DNA of 64,000 nt from Schmidtea polychroa (taxonomy: Eukaryota). The DNA lies in NCBI GenBank assembly GCA_044892525.1, contig CM097886.1, positions 45,012,001 to 45,076,000 of the forward strand, read 5' to 3'. The notes beneath the pieces are model-generated. The model was not told where the DNA came from. It worked only from the letters and a program-made list of their open reading frames with translations, and did not search any database. Shown here one piece after another: positions 34,101 to 44,068 of this stretch. A program made the translations under genes and the position numbers. Position 1 is the first letter of the stretch. Each line of letters begins with the position of its first letter.

Positions 34101-34378
34101 GAGCTATCTATTACATTCATTCTAGCCCCCGTATCCAATAGACAATGTTTGAAATAAATCCTATTAATCCCAACTATTACGCTTGGTCTTCCACCCATCT
34201 TATCATATACAATTTCTAAATCGTCATTTAAAACAGAAATATTATTTATATGTTTATCCAATGTTTCGTCATAAACAAACCTTTTACTGCTATTTATTAA
34301 TTTTGCCTCACAAATACTTATTATCTTCTTACAATTCTGATCACATTTATTTTCAATTACATTAATTTTATCACGCAT
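31133..34378 (-). CDS. pol: Pol of the nested Gypsy (PR-RT-RH-IN); ORF runs through the PPT into the 3' LTR
   Basis: LDTGA, YLDD, LDTDAS, HKILCH..CELC, IDFCGP, VDCG, GLIERQFR, RGPF. Confidence 0.95.
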   Translation of the reverse strand: MRDKINVIENKCDQNCKKIISICEAKLINSSKRFVYDETLDKHINNISVLNDDLEIVYDKMGGRPSVIVGINRIYFKHCLLDTGARMNVIDSSIIKEIGEIDIKPHNEGIWCANGSPLETFGNVKLKIQIGNKEENVIFVVVKKVSPSIIGGIDLLRQFNIKLMKINDSITENTEIENNFNEICNIEARFSNSYNDEKRFSRAIKLFDLKKGDKMYQIINENKEVFMADKWDIGKTDLLWHEIKTTEGPIYMNPRRQPAHLEEKIEEAIKNLEENGIIRKCDSSWNTPLVCVWKKEKNDIRLCLDFRNLNKITERQIFPMPNIEQMLDSLNGSKFFSTIDLGSAYYQVELTNNSQEKTAFSTRSGQYCFNRMPFGIAAAPATFQKLMNMVLGKLLWNTAIVYLDDILIFSTNKEEHFKRINEVLMKIKEAGLRVNPEKCIFLTNETKFLGHIINNEGVKVDENKIEAIKNFVRPQCLKQLRSFLGLCNYYRKFIKNYSMFSRILESICGTTNEKLIWSEKCEEAFEELKNALSKTPVLIYPNFQKEFILDTDASFDTIGAVLSQLDEQGHERVIAYGSHSMNKHEIGYCITRKELLAIYYFTQHFKHYLYGKKFKLRTDHKAITFMMATKKPITAQFQTWINFLSSLDMDISFRKGMEHTNADALSRDKCGRCTQCMEVHENPKTEKMKTRLLTMTAVKQGVIWQKGNVEIENQKELIMKNVKTKFKIDDDVIMTKENKIWIPKNNREKFIKEMHKILCHAGCKKVIDYIKVNYDMDELQMITTEIIQNCELCQKRKTLTTKTKETILKTEVSKPFETIAIDFCGPLKTSVHGKKYILGIIDMCTRYISLTAVSKQDEKTTADTIMKFWILKYGSPRIIQVDCGKTFESGVMKELAKTHNIMLQFSSPYHHSANGLIERQFRTIRDFMSTSIKDRLKSNWVEVLPEIEFALNATVQSTLGKSPAEIVFGFRITREWQNKKEVTNDRIRIIEEIQEKQRNVKYRNADRINREFKIDDNVLVKIDTRKKEDDRYRGPFRVIKKLHDRSYELMDKEGKTMIRNVEWLKPFKQGGCEEDLIISTI

Positions 34379-34680
34379 CTAATTACAATCATTAATATCA
34401 GTTTTATCTCTTACGTCATATATAATCTTACTGTTACTCTGATTATCTTCCTTTATTACATCATATTTTTTTAATTTACTTTTCACGTTTTTAATACTAT
34501 CTTCTAAAATTACATCTGATTTAAATCTAATATTTTTTACCTTTAAATTTGATTTAGATATACTGTCTAAATTATTATTACTACTTTTAAAATTATACAT
34601 ACTGTCTAAATTACTATTACTATTATTATTAAAAAATATACTATACTTATCTTGGCGCACACAATCATCATTATTACCTT

Positions 34681-35844
34681 TTAATGCATGGCTCCTATCA
34701 TCTCGCCTAATGATGGAGCCCTCCCATTTGGGTGTCCATCACTTCGGGTAGACTGAGAATCCTCCGCTTCGTTTCCGCGGTCTTCCATAGCTGCCACTCT
34801 TCCATCGGCATATCTGTCTTGATATCGTCTGTTATCCTCGTAATTTCTAGATTGGTTTCTTCCTGATGATCGTGTGTCTGCTGTTCCCCAACATTGAAAC
34901 CGCAAATGACCACGTTTTCCACATCCTGAGCATGAAATCGATGGACATTCTCCCCGGTGATGGCCAGATTCCTTACAAGCGTTGCATCTCAATTCTGAAT
35001 TTATCTTGTTATTTTTACATTCTCTAATCATGTGTCCTTCTTTTCCACATCCATAACACTTCTTTTTTGGGCATTCTCGACTCGAATGTCCTAGTTCTTG
35101 ACAATTCCAACATGTAACAACGCGACTTCCACTTGCTCTGTTGTCTCTATGGTAATACTGTTGATTAGTATTCCTTCCAGAATCGAAGCTTTGAGCGTGC
35201 GGAATAGAATTGAATCTTGGTTCAAAATTTCGTCTTTCTTGAACATTCGAAAAATTGCGTTGTCGATCTTGTATATCGGCAAATCCTTGTCGTTTCTTTA
35301 TTACGTTTGCGAACGTTTCTTTTCTTTGCATAACTGCAATACTAGAAACTTCAATGTTGATAGCATCAACTTTACGAATTACGTCCTTGATCTCTTCGAC
35401 TTTTAAAGCATCTCGCATCTTGATCTCTTTTTGGATTTCTTTGTCTTTGACACAATGTATCAAAAAATAAGCGACTAATTCGTTTTTATCCCACTTGTGT
35501 TTCAATACTTTGTCGACCATTTTCTCAATCTTTTCGAAAAACACTGGCGCTGCATCGTTATCTTTCTCATAATTGTATAAGTTCAGAAAATCGCCTATCA
35601 GTGTTGACGGCTTCTTGAAAGCTTCTCTGAGTCTATCTTCAAAATTAATAAATTTGACATCGACGGCTTCATAAATCGGTAAAATATCTCTTGAAATAAG
35701 GCATTTTATCATCATATTTTGGTTATCTTGATCTAACCCACATAACTGAAAATATCGCTTACATTCTTCAATGAAAGTTTCGATTTCGTGTCTTCCGTCG
35801 TAAACATCCGGAATCATCTTATTCACTATTGCCAGGGTCGCCAT
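34681..35844 (-). CDS. gag: Gag of the nested Gypsy with four CCHC zinc knuckles
   Basis: CWNC..GH..REC, CYGC..GH..REC, CNAC..GH..GEC, CSGC..GH..FQC. Confidence 0.95.
   Translation of the reverse strand: MATLAIVNKMIPDVYDGRHEIETFIEECKRYFQLCGLDQDNQNMMIKCLISRDILPIYEAVDVKFINFEDRLREAFKKPSTLIGDFLNLYNYEKDNDAAPVFFEKIEKMVDKVLKHKWDKNELVAYFLIHCVKDKEIQKEIKMRDALKVEEIKDVIRKVDAINIEVSSIAVMQRKETFANVIKKRQGFADIQDRQRNFSNVQERRNFEPRFNSIPHAQSFDSGRNTNQQYYHRDNRASGSRVVTCWNCQELGHSSRECPKKKCYGCGKEGHMIRECKNNKINSELRCNACKESGHHRGECPSISCSGCGKRGHLRFQCWGTADTRSSGRNQSRNYEDNRRYQDRYADGRVAAMEDRGNEAEDSQSTRSDGHPNGRAPSLGEMIGAMH
34690..34732 (-). promoter_or_regulatory. -1 ribosomal frameshift signal of the nested Gypsy
   Basis: Slippery C CCA AAT in the gag frame (34732-34726), 5-nt spacer, hairpin GGCTCC-ATCAT..ATGAT-A-GGAGCC; the -1 frame is open into 34379..34660. 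Confidence 0.75.
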
Positions 35845-36166
35845 GTTAAATAAAACTAGAAGTCGAATTCAAATTATATTCAAAAATTATAACAATATCG
35901 GTTTGACTAAACAAATCATTAAATTGACGATTAAGCATTTCTAAATAACAATAATAATTATGTACGCCATAATATAATACGAATATAATACTTTAATATA
36001 TGTATATGTTAATTTCTTAATAGTAATAATTCAGATGTAATTTATTATTATAATATTATATTGTGCTAATAATTAAATCTTCCTCACAATACTATTATTA
36101 TATAATATTTTATTGGTTATATACACCGATATATACAGATTATTATATACAACATTATTCGATTGG

Positions 36167-37555
36167 TTACTCCGTTCTACCCTTCTCCTCTTTCCTCACG
36201 GTCATCTTGATATACACCGTGTCATTTCTTGCCATATCTTCTACTTTTTGTTGTAGGATGAACGTAGGTGCTCCTGTTGCTGATCCTTCTTCTTCCGTAG
36301 GTCTCTGGTAACACATTTGGTTTCCAGTTGTCTTGAAGCTTTGTTCGTGGATGCTTCGGTCATTCATTAGTGCAATATCGATTTTTGCCTGGAACGGCCA
36401 CTCTATTATTTCGTCGTATTCCCCTTTACATAACAGAAAGAAAATCGAAAAGTGTGTATCTGATCCGGTTCCGTCCCCGTTGGGATATATCTTCATTTTC
36501 ATTTTGTACCCATTTTTCCAAGAATGGAATGCAGGGCTTGTTATTCTTGTCTCTTCTCCGGTTTTTGCTTTTCGTATTCTTTCTTTTACTCCCGTTATTT
36601 TCCATATGTAGGGTGCTGTTGGGGTTATCTCATTTAGATTTATTTCCCGTATTTTCTGATGTAGCTCCTTGGCCTGATTATTACTGATTTCTATTCGGTT
36701 TATTTGCATCTTTATGTTTGCTCGGGCTTCTTCGAACGCTTCCCTTTCTTCTAGTAGTTCTTTGACTAACGCTTTCAACGATGTTATCTCTATCTCCATT
36801 TTTTTTACTTTCTCTTCGCTTTCTTGTAACGCAGTCGACCACATTTCTGCGTGGGTTGAAACATTTTCTACTAAATGATGTGGTAACTCCCCTCGGTGTA
36901 GTAGTTTCTGACAACCCTATTTACCTAGTACACATGTCATTCTTTTCTTTTCACATTCCCTTAGATGCTGTGCCACCTTTATTATTTCCCCTTGGTTACA
37001 TCCGTTTGGGCATTCCCCACTGAACTCTGCACATACTCTCTCCTCTTGGACATTGTGATGTTTGAGGGTGAGATTTTTCCACGTATCTATTTCTCCACAA
37101 TGTTCACATCTTTCCAATCTCTCTTCACACTGCCTTTGATGCTCTTTTTCTTCGCTTGCTCGAATAGTTTTATGGCACCTTTCACACTGGCCGACTCTGT
37201 GCATACATTCTCCCATATGTTGTACTACCTTCCATATTACTCCTTTCCATTCGCATGGGGCATTTTTGCATCCCAGGTTGGTGTTTAACATGTCTTTCAC
37301 TGCGGCTTTATCCTCGTTAGTGTCTTCTAAACTCGATATTAGTGTCTCTTTACACACCGGGCACCACTGTGGTCTGTTCTTTATTACTTCACTGATACAT
37401 TCTTTACATACTCTGCATCCACATTGAGTTTGGTGAGGTTCCTTTAACAACTTTTCACATATTCCGCACATAACATGTTTGTGTATTCTGATCGTTGTAG
37501 ATTTTCGGACTTGCTCGACAATCTCTCTGAACTCTTCTCTTTGTCGTTTATCCAT
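36167..37555 (-). pseudogene. TRAF: TRAF homolog of copy B, one in-frame nonsense (TGG>TAG at 36917-36919)
   Basis: Near-identical to 8145..9533. Confidence 0.92.
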
Positions 37556-37640
37556 TCTATAATTATATATACATATAGTTCTTATCGATACAGGTTCGAT
37601 ATTTTATTTACAATTATTTACATTTTAAGCTAGGTTTGGT

Positions 37641-38024
37641 TTAGGGTTCGGAAGAGTCGGCTTCGTGTCCGCTCTCCTCTCTATTCATTAGCCATTCCGA
37701 CCAGTCTTCTATTTCCGTCTGTTCTGCTTCCTCCATCATTCTGTCTAGTTCAATTTCCTGTCTACGGCTATATTGGGTTATCCTCTCTATCTCTCTTTGC
37801 ATTTGTTCGATTTTCAACCTCTGGTCTTCAATTATCTTCAAATAACTAAATCCTCTATTCATACTCTCGATTAGGTTTCTGTGCATCGTCAATCCTTGTT
37901 CTTGCAAATTGGACACTAATTGTGCTAATACGGCACATTGTTGCTTCCATAATTCTTCAGTTACTGCATTGGGATTCATTTCGTTATTTCCTTGATCCAT
38001 TCTTAATTTATATACACTTTTCAA
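37641..38024 (-). CDS. Cargo ORF 1 of copy B
   Basis: Near-identical to 7674..8057. Confidence 0.7.
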   Translation of the reverse strand: MKSVYKLRMDQGNNEMNPNAVTEELWKQQCAVLAQLVSNLQEQGLTMHRNLIESMNRGFSYLKIIEDQRLKIEQMQREIERITQYSRRQEIELDRMMEEAEQTEIEDWSEWLMNREESGHEADSSEP

Positions 38025-38160
38025 CTCTTATTTAAATTTAATTTTATTTTATGATTCCCGTTATTGTATAATATTGATACCGCGCTTATATAAAGATATA
38101 GTACTGTTATATACATAAGATATACTTACTTTTTACAATTATATACAGTCATATTCCTTT

Positions 38161-41100
38161 CTATATACGTGAGTTTGGAGGGCGCTGAGCGTTCCAGGCC
38201 TCCACCCACTGTTCTTGTTTGATATCACTTGGTCGTTTCACTCGATGTTGGAAATTTCTGATTCGGGTCATCTCTAGTTCTCCGCGATGTCGTTTATCTT
38301 TAATTATTTTTATTGTTCCCCCCGTTATGATTAGGAAGGCCCCTGTTATTATTATCCCACTGATCCACATCATCTGCTTCACGCTTATACTCTCTGGTTT
38401 TTCCTTGTTTGTTAATGTTACTATTGCTTCTGTACTTTTCTCGTTCCCTCTTTTGCCATTCCCTTTCATCATCTCTCGTATTCTTGCTATTTCCTCGTTC
38501 ATACCCTCCTTTGCCATCTTTTGTATTTTTTCCATCTCTTCCTCCGAAACATAGTTGTCCTGAGCTTCCTCGCCGGTTTTCTTGTGCTTTCCTCCTTCGT
38601 CCTTTTCGTCGTGGTTTTTTCTTTTCTTTCCTCTTTTCCCCGGGTATCGTCGGCATTCTCTTTTTGATTCGTTCCTCCAGATACAAACCGTGTATTCTTT
38701 CGGCGGCTGCTGCTGCGTCACATATTGATGGCATCTCTCACCTGGTCCTAATCTTGAAATACAGACTTTGTGCTCTTTTCTAGGTTGGAGCTGCGTTATT
38801 ACTACTTCACCACCTTTTCCTAGGTGTACCTCTTTTCCTTTAACGTTCGTTATTCTCTTCCCGTCTCGATTTCGGTATGCTTCTTGTATTCTTCTGTTAT
38901 TGGTTCTGTGTCCTCATTTATCAGTACTAGTTTCTGATACGCTCTAGACATGCATCTTCCTAGTATGCACCTTTCCTTTAAGTCCCATTCTTCCTTTAAA
39001 TCCCACTGCTGCTCTTGTGCTTGCTTTTTCTTTTCTTGTTTTAGTTCATCCTCTTTGCTATCTTGATTCTCCGCTTATTTGGTTTCTTTTATCGTTCTCG
39101 TCCCTCCATGAGCTGTTACTAACTCTATCATGGTAAGCATAATTATCATTAATATCATATTTGTCTCTATTTCTTTGTTAGTGAAAGGTAGGCATACCCT
39201 CTGTTTTCCATTATTCGGTTTTTCCTCCTCTTTGGTCTTGGTTCCCGGGCTGTTTCCCTCTCCTCTCGTACCTGAATCCTTGTTTTCCGGTTTATCCTCT
39301 TCTGGTCTCTTTCTATTCCATTCTTTAACTAACTCTCTCAATTGAATACGACGATGTTTCCCAATTCGTTGTTGCTCGTTCTGATTTTGCGTGAATTTTA
39401 GGTCTTCTCTATTTAATACTATTAAAATAATTTTTGGTGTCCCCCCTTTAGTTAATGTATTCTTTACCATCGCGTTTTCTCCGTTTTCGTAGAATTCGTT
39501 TACATTTATCGCATATTTATTATTTTGTGGTACTCTCCATGTTAATAATAATTTCATTGCTTCTAGATTTTTCCGTACCGTATTCCATTGAAATTGAGAT
39601 GTGTTTTTGCACATATTTTCAACTTCTTCTTTTGTCGCATTTTTGCAAATAAATCTGATCATTTCCAAGTTTGGCTGTATGGTTGCCCAGTCCAATGTGG
39701 AGTTCCCTTCGTTTGATTTGTCGTCTAGTCTCGATCCTGATTGATGTAGGATGTGGAGTGTTTTTGGGTGTATTTTCGTTATAGCTGCATACATCATGGC
39801 GGTTTCGCCTTGTTCATTTTTCGTGTTGGTTTCCTCGCCCATCTCCCCAAGGATTCTCATGATCGTTATTGCTCTATTCTCTTTTGCAGCTAGTATTGCT
39901 TGTTGTAGAGGTGTTCTGGAATCCTTTGTTACCATCGTAAATGCTCGAGGCAAGGTTTTGATTTTCCCGATATCTAAACCCGTGGTTTGATCTCTTGCGT
40001 ATGTGTGTACGGCTTTTATTATTTTTGACAATATTATTTCGTCTGACAGCTCTAGCATTTCCTCGAAGAATACTTCTTTTGCTTTGCGTATTATTGCCTC
40101 TTGATCTATACTCATTGATTTGGTTTTGATGACGTTGTTTGTGACCGTTTGGTTCGTTGTCGACTTTGGTTCCCTTGATTTCCCATACCTTATTTTCGTT
40201 TTCTTTCCGTTTGGATTATTGATTCGTTCCTCTGCTGTAAGTATTTGGATAATATCCAGGTAATTCTCGCGGATGTTGTTCATTGTATCCATCGTGTATA
40301 ACACACTTACCGTTTCCCAATATTTATTTCGTACTTGGTTAGTAAATTGGAATATTGATTTTTCGAATGCGCCTATTCGCTTTTTTAATAACTGTTCATC
40401 TTTATGATTTGTGAATTTTATCCCTCGTTCTAGTAATTGATTCGGGATTTCGAATAAATGATGTCCTTTCATAGCTTCTCTCATCAGCGTGTTCTCTCCT
40501 CTCGTGAACGCTTCGTTTACGTTGATCATATAATCATTTTTAATTGGATTTCTCCATGTAATTAATATTCCGGTAATTGTTGTCAGTTTTTCTTTGATCG
40601 CTGTTAACAATCCATCGTACATGTTTCCGACTTCTCGATTGTCCTCATATGATAGTAGTTCCATCAATGACGTGAACGCCTCGGTACTTTTCCCTTCGAT
40701 AGCATGATGTAGTGCATTTTTCCGCTCGTGGTCTTGTGTAGTTATTTTTGATCCAGTATCAAGTAATGCGGTTATAATGTCTTTGGTTTTGCCTCTGTTT
40801 GCTGCTATCATTAATGGTGTGTAACCTTGGTTGTTTTCTTGTTCTGTTGATCGCTTGCAGTCGTGAAATGCTTCTATTGTTTCTAGTATTTGCTCGTTGT
40901 TACCTACTTTCATGAGTTTGTGTAATGGTGTGTCTCCATAATGATCTGTTATTGTAAATAATATTGGCCATTGACTTTTAACTACTCGCAATAACGGATG
41001 TGTCCTCTCTCTGTTCGCATAATTTTCGATCATCGTCAATAATCCTCCTAATATTTCGAAATCTAATCGATCTTTTGCCCATCCAAGTAATTTTATCTTT

Positions 41101-44068
41101 ACCTCTCGTACGATTTTTTCCGCTTCCGATGGTTGTATGCCCAATTTCTGTTTCATTCTTGCTAACGTCTTTTTCGATGACATATGTCCTCCCAATCTCC
41201 CATCGTGATATTGCGTTAGTAACTCTTTTCGTCGGTTTTCCGGTATACACATTAATCGTTTTTCCCCATCCATTATCAGCAACCAATCTTTCTCTATAAT
41301 ATATCGGTGTCGGTGTTTATCCATATGTTCTTTTAATTTTTGGTCTTTCGCATATACCTCCGTCTTTCCGGTTTTTACATAATCGATAATCCGTTTCAGT
41401 TCTACGTCTTCTTGTTGGTCCTTTCGCAATTGACAGAAATCCAAATCTTCCGCTACTATTAAGCATATGCGTTGCATTTCTGAATCCACCAAATCTGGAA
41501 AAATAAATCTTGACATACAATCGGCGTTGGCATTTGCTCTTCCCGCTTTGAATTTTATAAATGGGGAGTATTCTTGCAATTGCATGGCCCATCTCATCAG
41601 TCTACTGGACGCTTCTTTATGTTGCCCTAACCACACTAATGGTTGATGATCTGTGGTTATGCATATGTCATGTCCCCATAGTAAATATCGGAAGTGTTTG
41701 ATAGCTTGTATTATAGCCAATGCTTCTCGTTCTGTTACCGAATAGTTCTTTTCGTGCTTTTTGAATGTTCGACTGTAATACCCGATTACTCTCTCTCTTT
41801 TCCTTCATCGTCTAATTGTCCCAGAATCGCGCCTGCCGCGTACCCGCTTGCATCCGTTGCCAATAGAAATGGCTTCTTAAAATCTGGGTGTACGAGGATA
41901 GGTGCTTTGATTAGTTTATCTCTCAGCGTTTCAAACGCCTCTTGTTGTTCCTTCCCCCAAATGAACGAAATGTCCTTCTTTACTAATTCCTGGATTGGTT
42001 TTGCAATTCCTGCATAATTTTTGATAAATTTGCGATAGTATCCGCATAATCCTAGAAATTCCTGAACTTGGGTGACAGTTTTCGGTGCTGGACATGTTTT
42101 TATTTTCTCAATGTTTCTTGGGTCTGGCTCCTTTCCTTTAGCTGACACTATGTGTCCTAAAAACGTGACTTTTTCCTTTGCCCAATCGCATTTTGAAGGT
42201 TTGAGCTTGAGTTTCCATTGTCTTAATCTAATAAATACATTTCGGATATCCTCCAGATGTTGTTCGAATGTCGCTGAATAGATTAGCAAATCATCAATAT
42301 ATACCATACATTGTTTGATTCCATGAGTGACGAAGTTCATACACCTTTGAAATGATGCTGGTGCGTTGGTCAGTCCGAATGGCATTTTTCTGAACTGATA
42401 TAGATCTCGTCCCAGCGTGAAAGCTGTTTTCTCTTTGTCCTCATCTTTGACTTTAATCTGCCAGTATCCACTTTTTAGATCTAAAGAAGTAAAATATGCT
42501 GCCCCTTGCAACATCAATAACATCTTATTGATGTCCGGCAATGGATAGGTATCTCTCTTGGTTACTGCGTTTAACTTCCGATAATCGATACAGAATCGAT
42601 GCGAGCCGTCTTTCTTTTTTACCATGACCACTGGGAATTGCCAAGGTGAGCAACTCGGTTCGATTACTTTTGCGTCTAGCATCTTTTGTACTTCTGCTTC
42701 GGCTATTTCTTTTTGCATTTCTGCTAGCTTGTATGGTCTTAATGCAATTGGAGTTTCATCTATGAGGGGTATTGCATGTAGGGTAACATCGCATGTACCC
42801 AAATCTAAATCTGAGATGGCGAATATATCTTTATATTCTACCAACAATCGGTGCAATTTTTTCTTTTCATCATTCGTCAACAACATACTATCTATTGTCC
42901 ATAATTCATCATCTTTGATCATCTCGTTGGTCACTTTCGGTAATTCTATGTCCATCAATGGGGTCAATCTTCCCAATTTTTCGTTCTCATAAATGATTTT
43001 GTCTTCCTCTTCGAAATTCGTGATGTTGAGCGGTATCACTCCTTCTTGGTTTATTGTGACTATTTCTCTTGCGAGGGGTAATTCTCGTCGCTTTTCGAAT
43101 GATTTGCTTGGTTCAAAGATAACTTCTCCTTCCATACCCGTATCCACCTTTATCTGACAAATCATCTGCGATTTTGCTGGTACTATTATTTTTTCTGGAC
43201 ATCTGATTACTGCATTCATTTTGCATATTCTACCGGCTTTGTCTTTTAGACACATGGTTGTTAAGTCAATTACGACTTCTTTTAATAATTCTGGCATCAG
43301 GTCCGTTCCGATTATGCATGGTACGCTAAGTTTTGGTATTACTGCCAAATACGTTTCAATTTCGTTGTCCTGGTATCTCAATGTAGTCCACCATCTTCCG
43401 ACCACGTCTACTGTTTCTTTACTACATGCTATGATGTGAATTGTTGTTGATTCGATATCTTTCCAGTGCTTACTGGGGATTTGATTAATCGCTATCGCTG
43501 ATACATTAGCTCCTGTGTCTATCATAGCATTGGTTTCTTTACCATTGATTTGAATCATGACTGTTACTGCTGGACCTACAGGTAAACTCATCGCTGCTAT
43601 TGTTCTTACGTCATCTGCTTGATCTACACTTTTGGTACGTCGTGTTGGCATATAATGCATACCGGGTTGACTCGTTAATTGCGGATACATGTTTTGTGTC
43701 ATGGTCAAAGCTGCTTGTGGTCCCACGATATCTGGCGGTATATAGCTTCCATTGGCGATCCAGGTATTTGTCTTTTCCTTTTCCCAATATGGTGCCGTTT
43801 CCATTGGTTTTTCGTTTGGGTTTCTGTTTGGATATAGACATTTATCGTTCCCGTTATCATCGTCGTCACTATCGCTGTTAGATGATTGGCTTCTAAATCG
43901 GTCCAAAAATTTTTGCTTATTCTTTTTCAATTGTCGTCTTGTTGCTTCGTCGTACATTACTTTCCGGAATCGTCTGCCTACTTCCTCGTCGGTTCCTTTA
44001 ATCTTTGTTAGTATTTTGATCAATCGCTTTATCCGATGGATGTCTTTTGAGTGACCATGTAATACCAT
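38161..44068 (-). pseudogene. pol: Pol-ankyrin-membrane-module part of the copy B polyprotein, decayed
   Basis: GA slippage at ~41790; in-frame 1,074-bp deletion of the integrase core (equals A 3296-4369); 186-bp deletion (A 6212-6397); GAA>TAA at 39075; indels near 38900. Confidence 0.92.

Larger units (their letters stand above)
30921..36088 (-). mobile_element. Young nested Ty3/Gypsy retrotransposon (5,168 bp)
   Basis: Identical 245-bp TG..CA LTRs (30921-31165, 35844-36088); 5-bp TSD ATACT; PBS TGGCGACCCTGGCA (tRNA-Arg-like); PPT AGGGGGA at 31166-31172; empty site present in copy A at ~9606. Confidence 0.98.
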
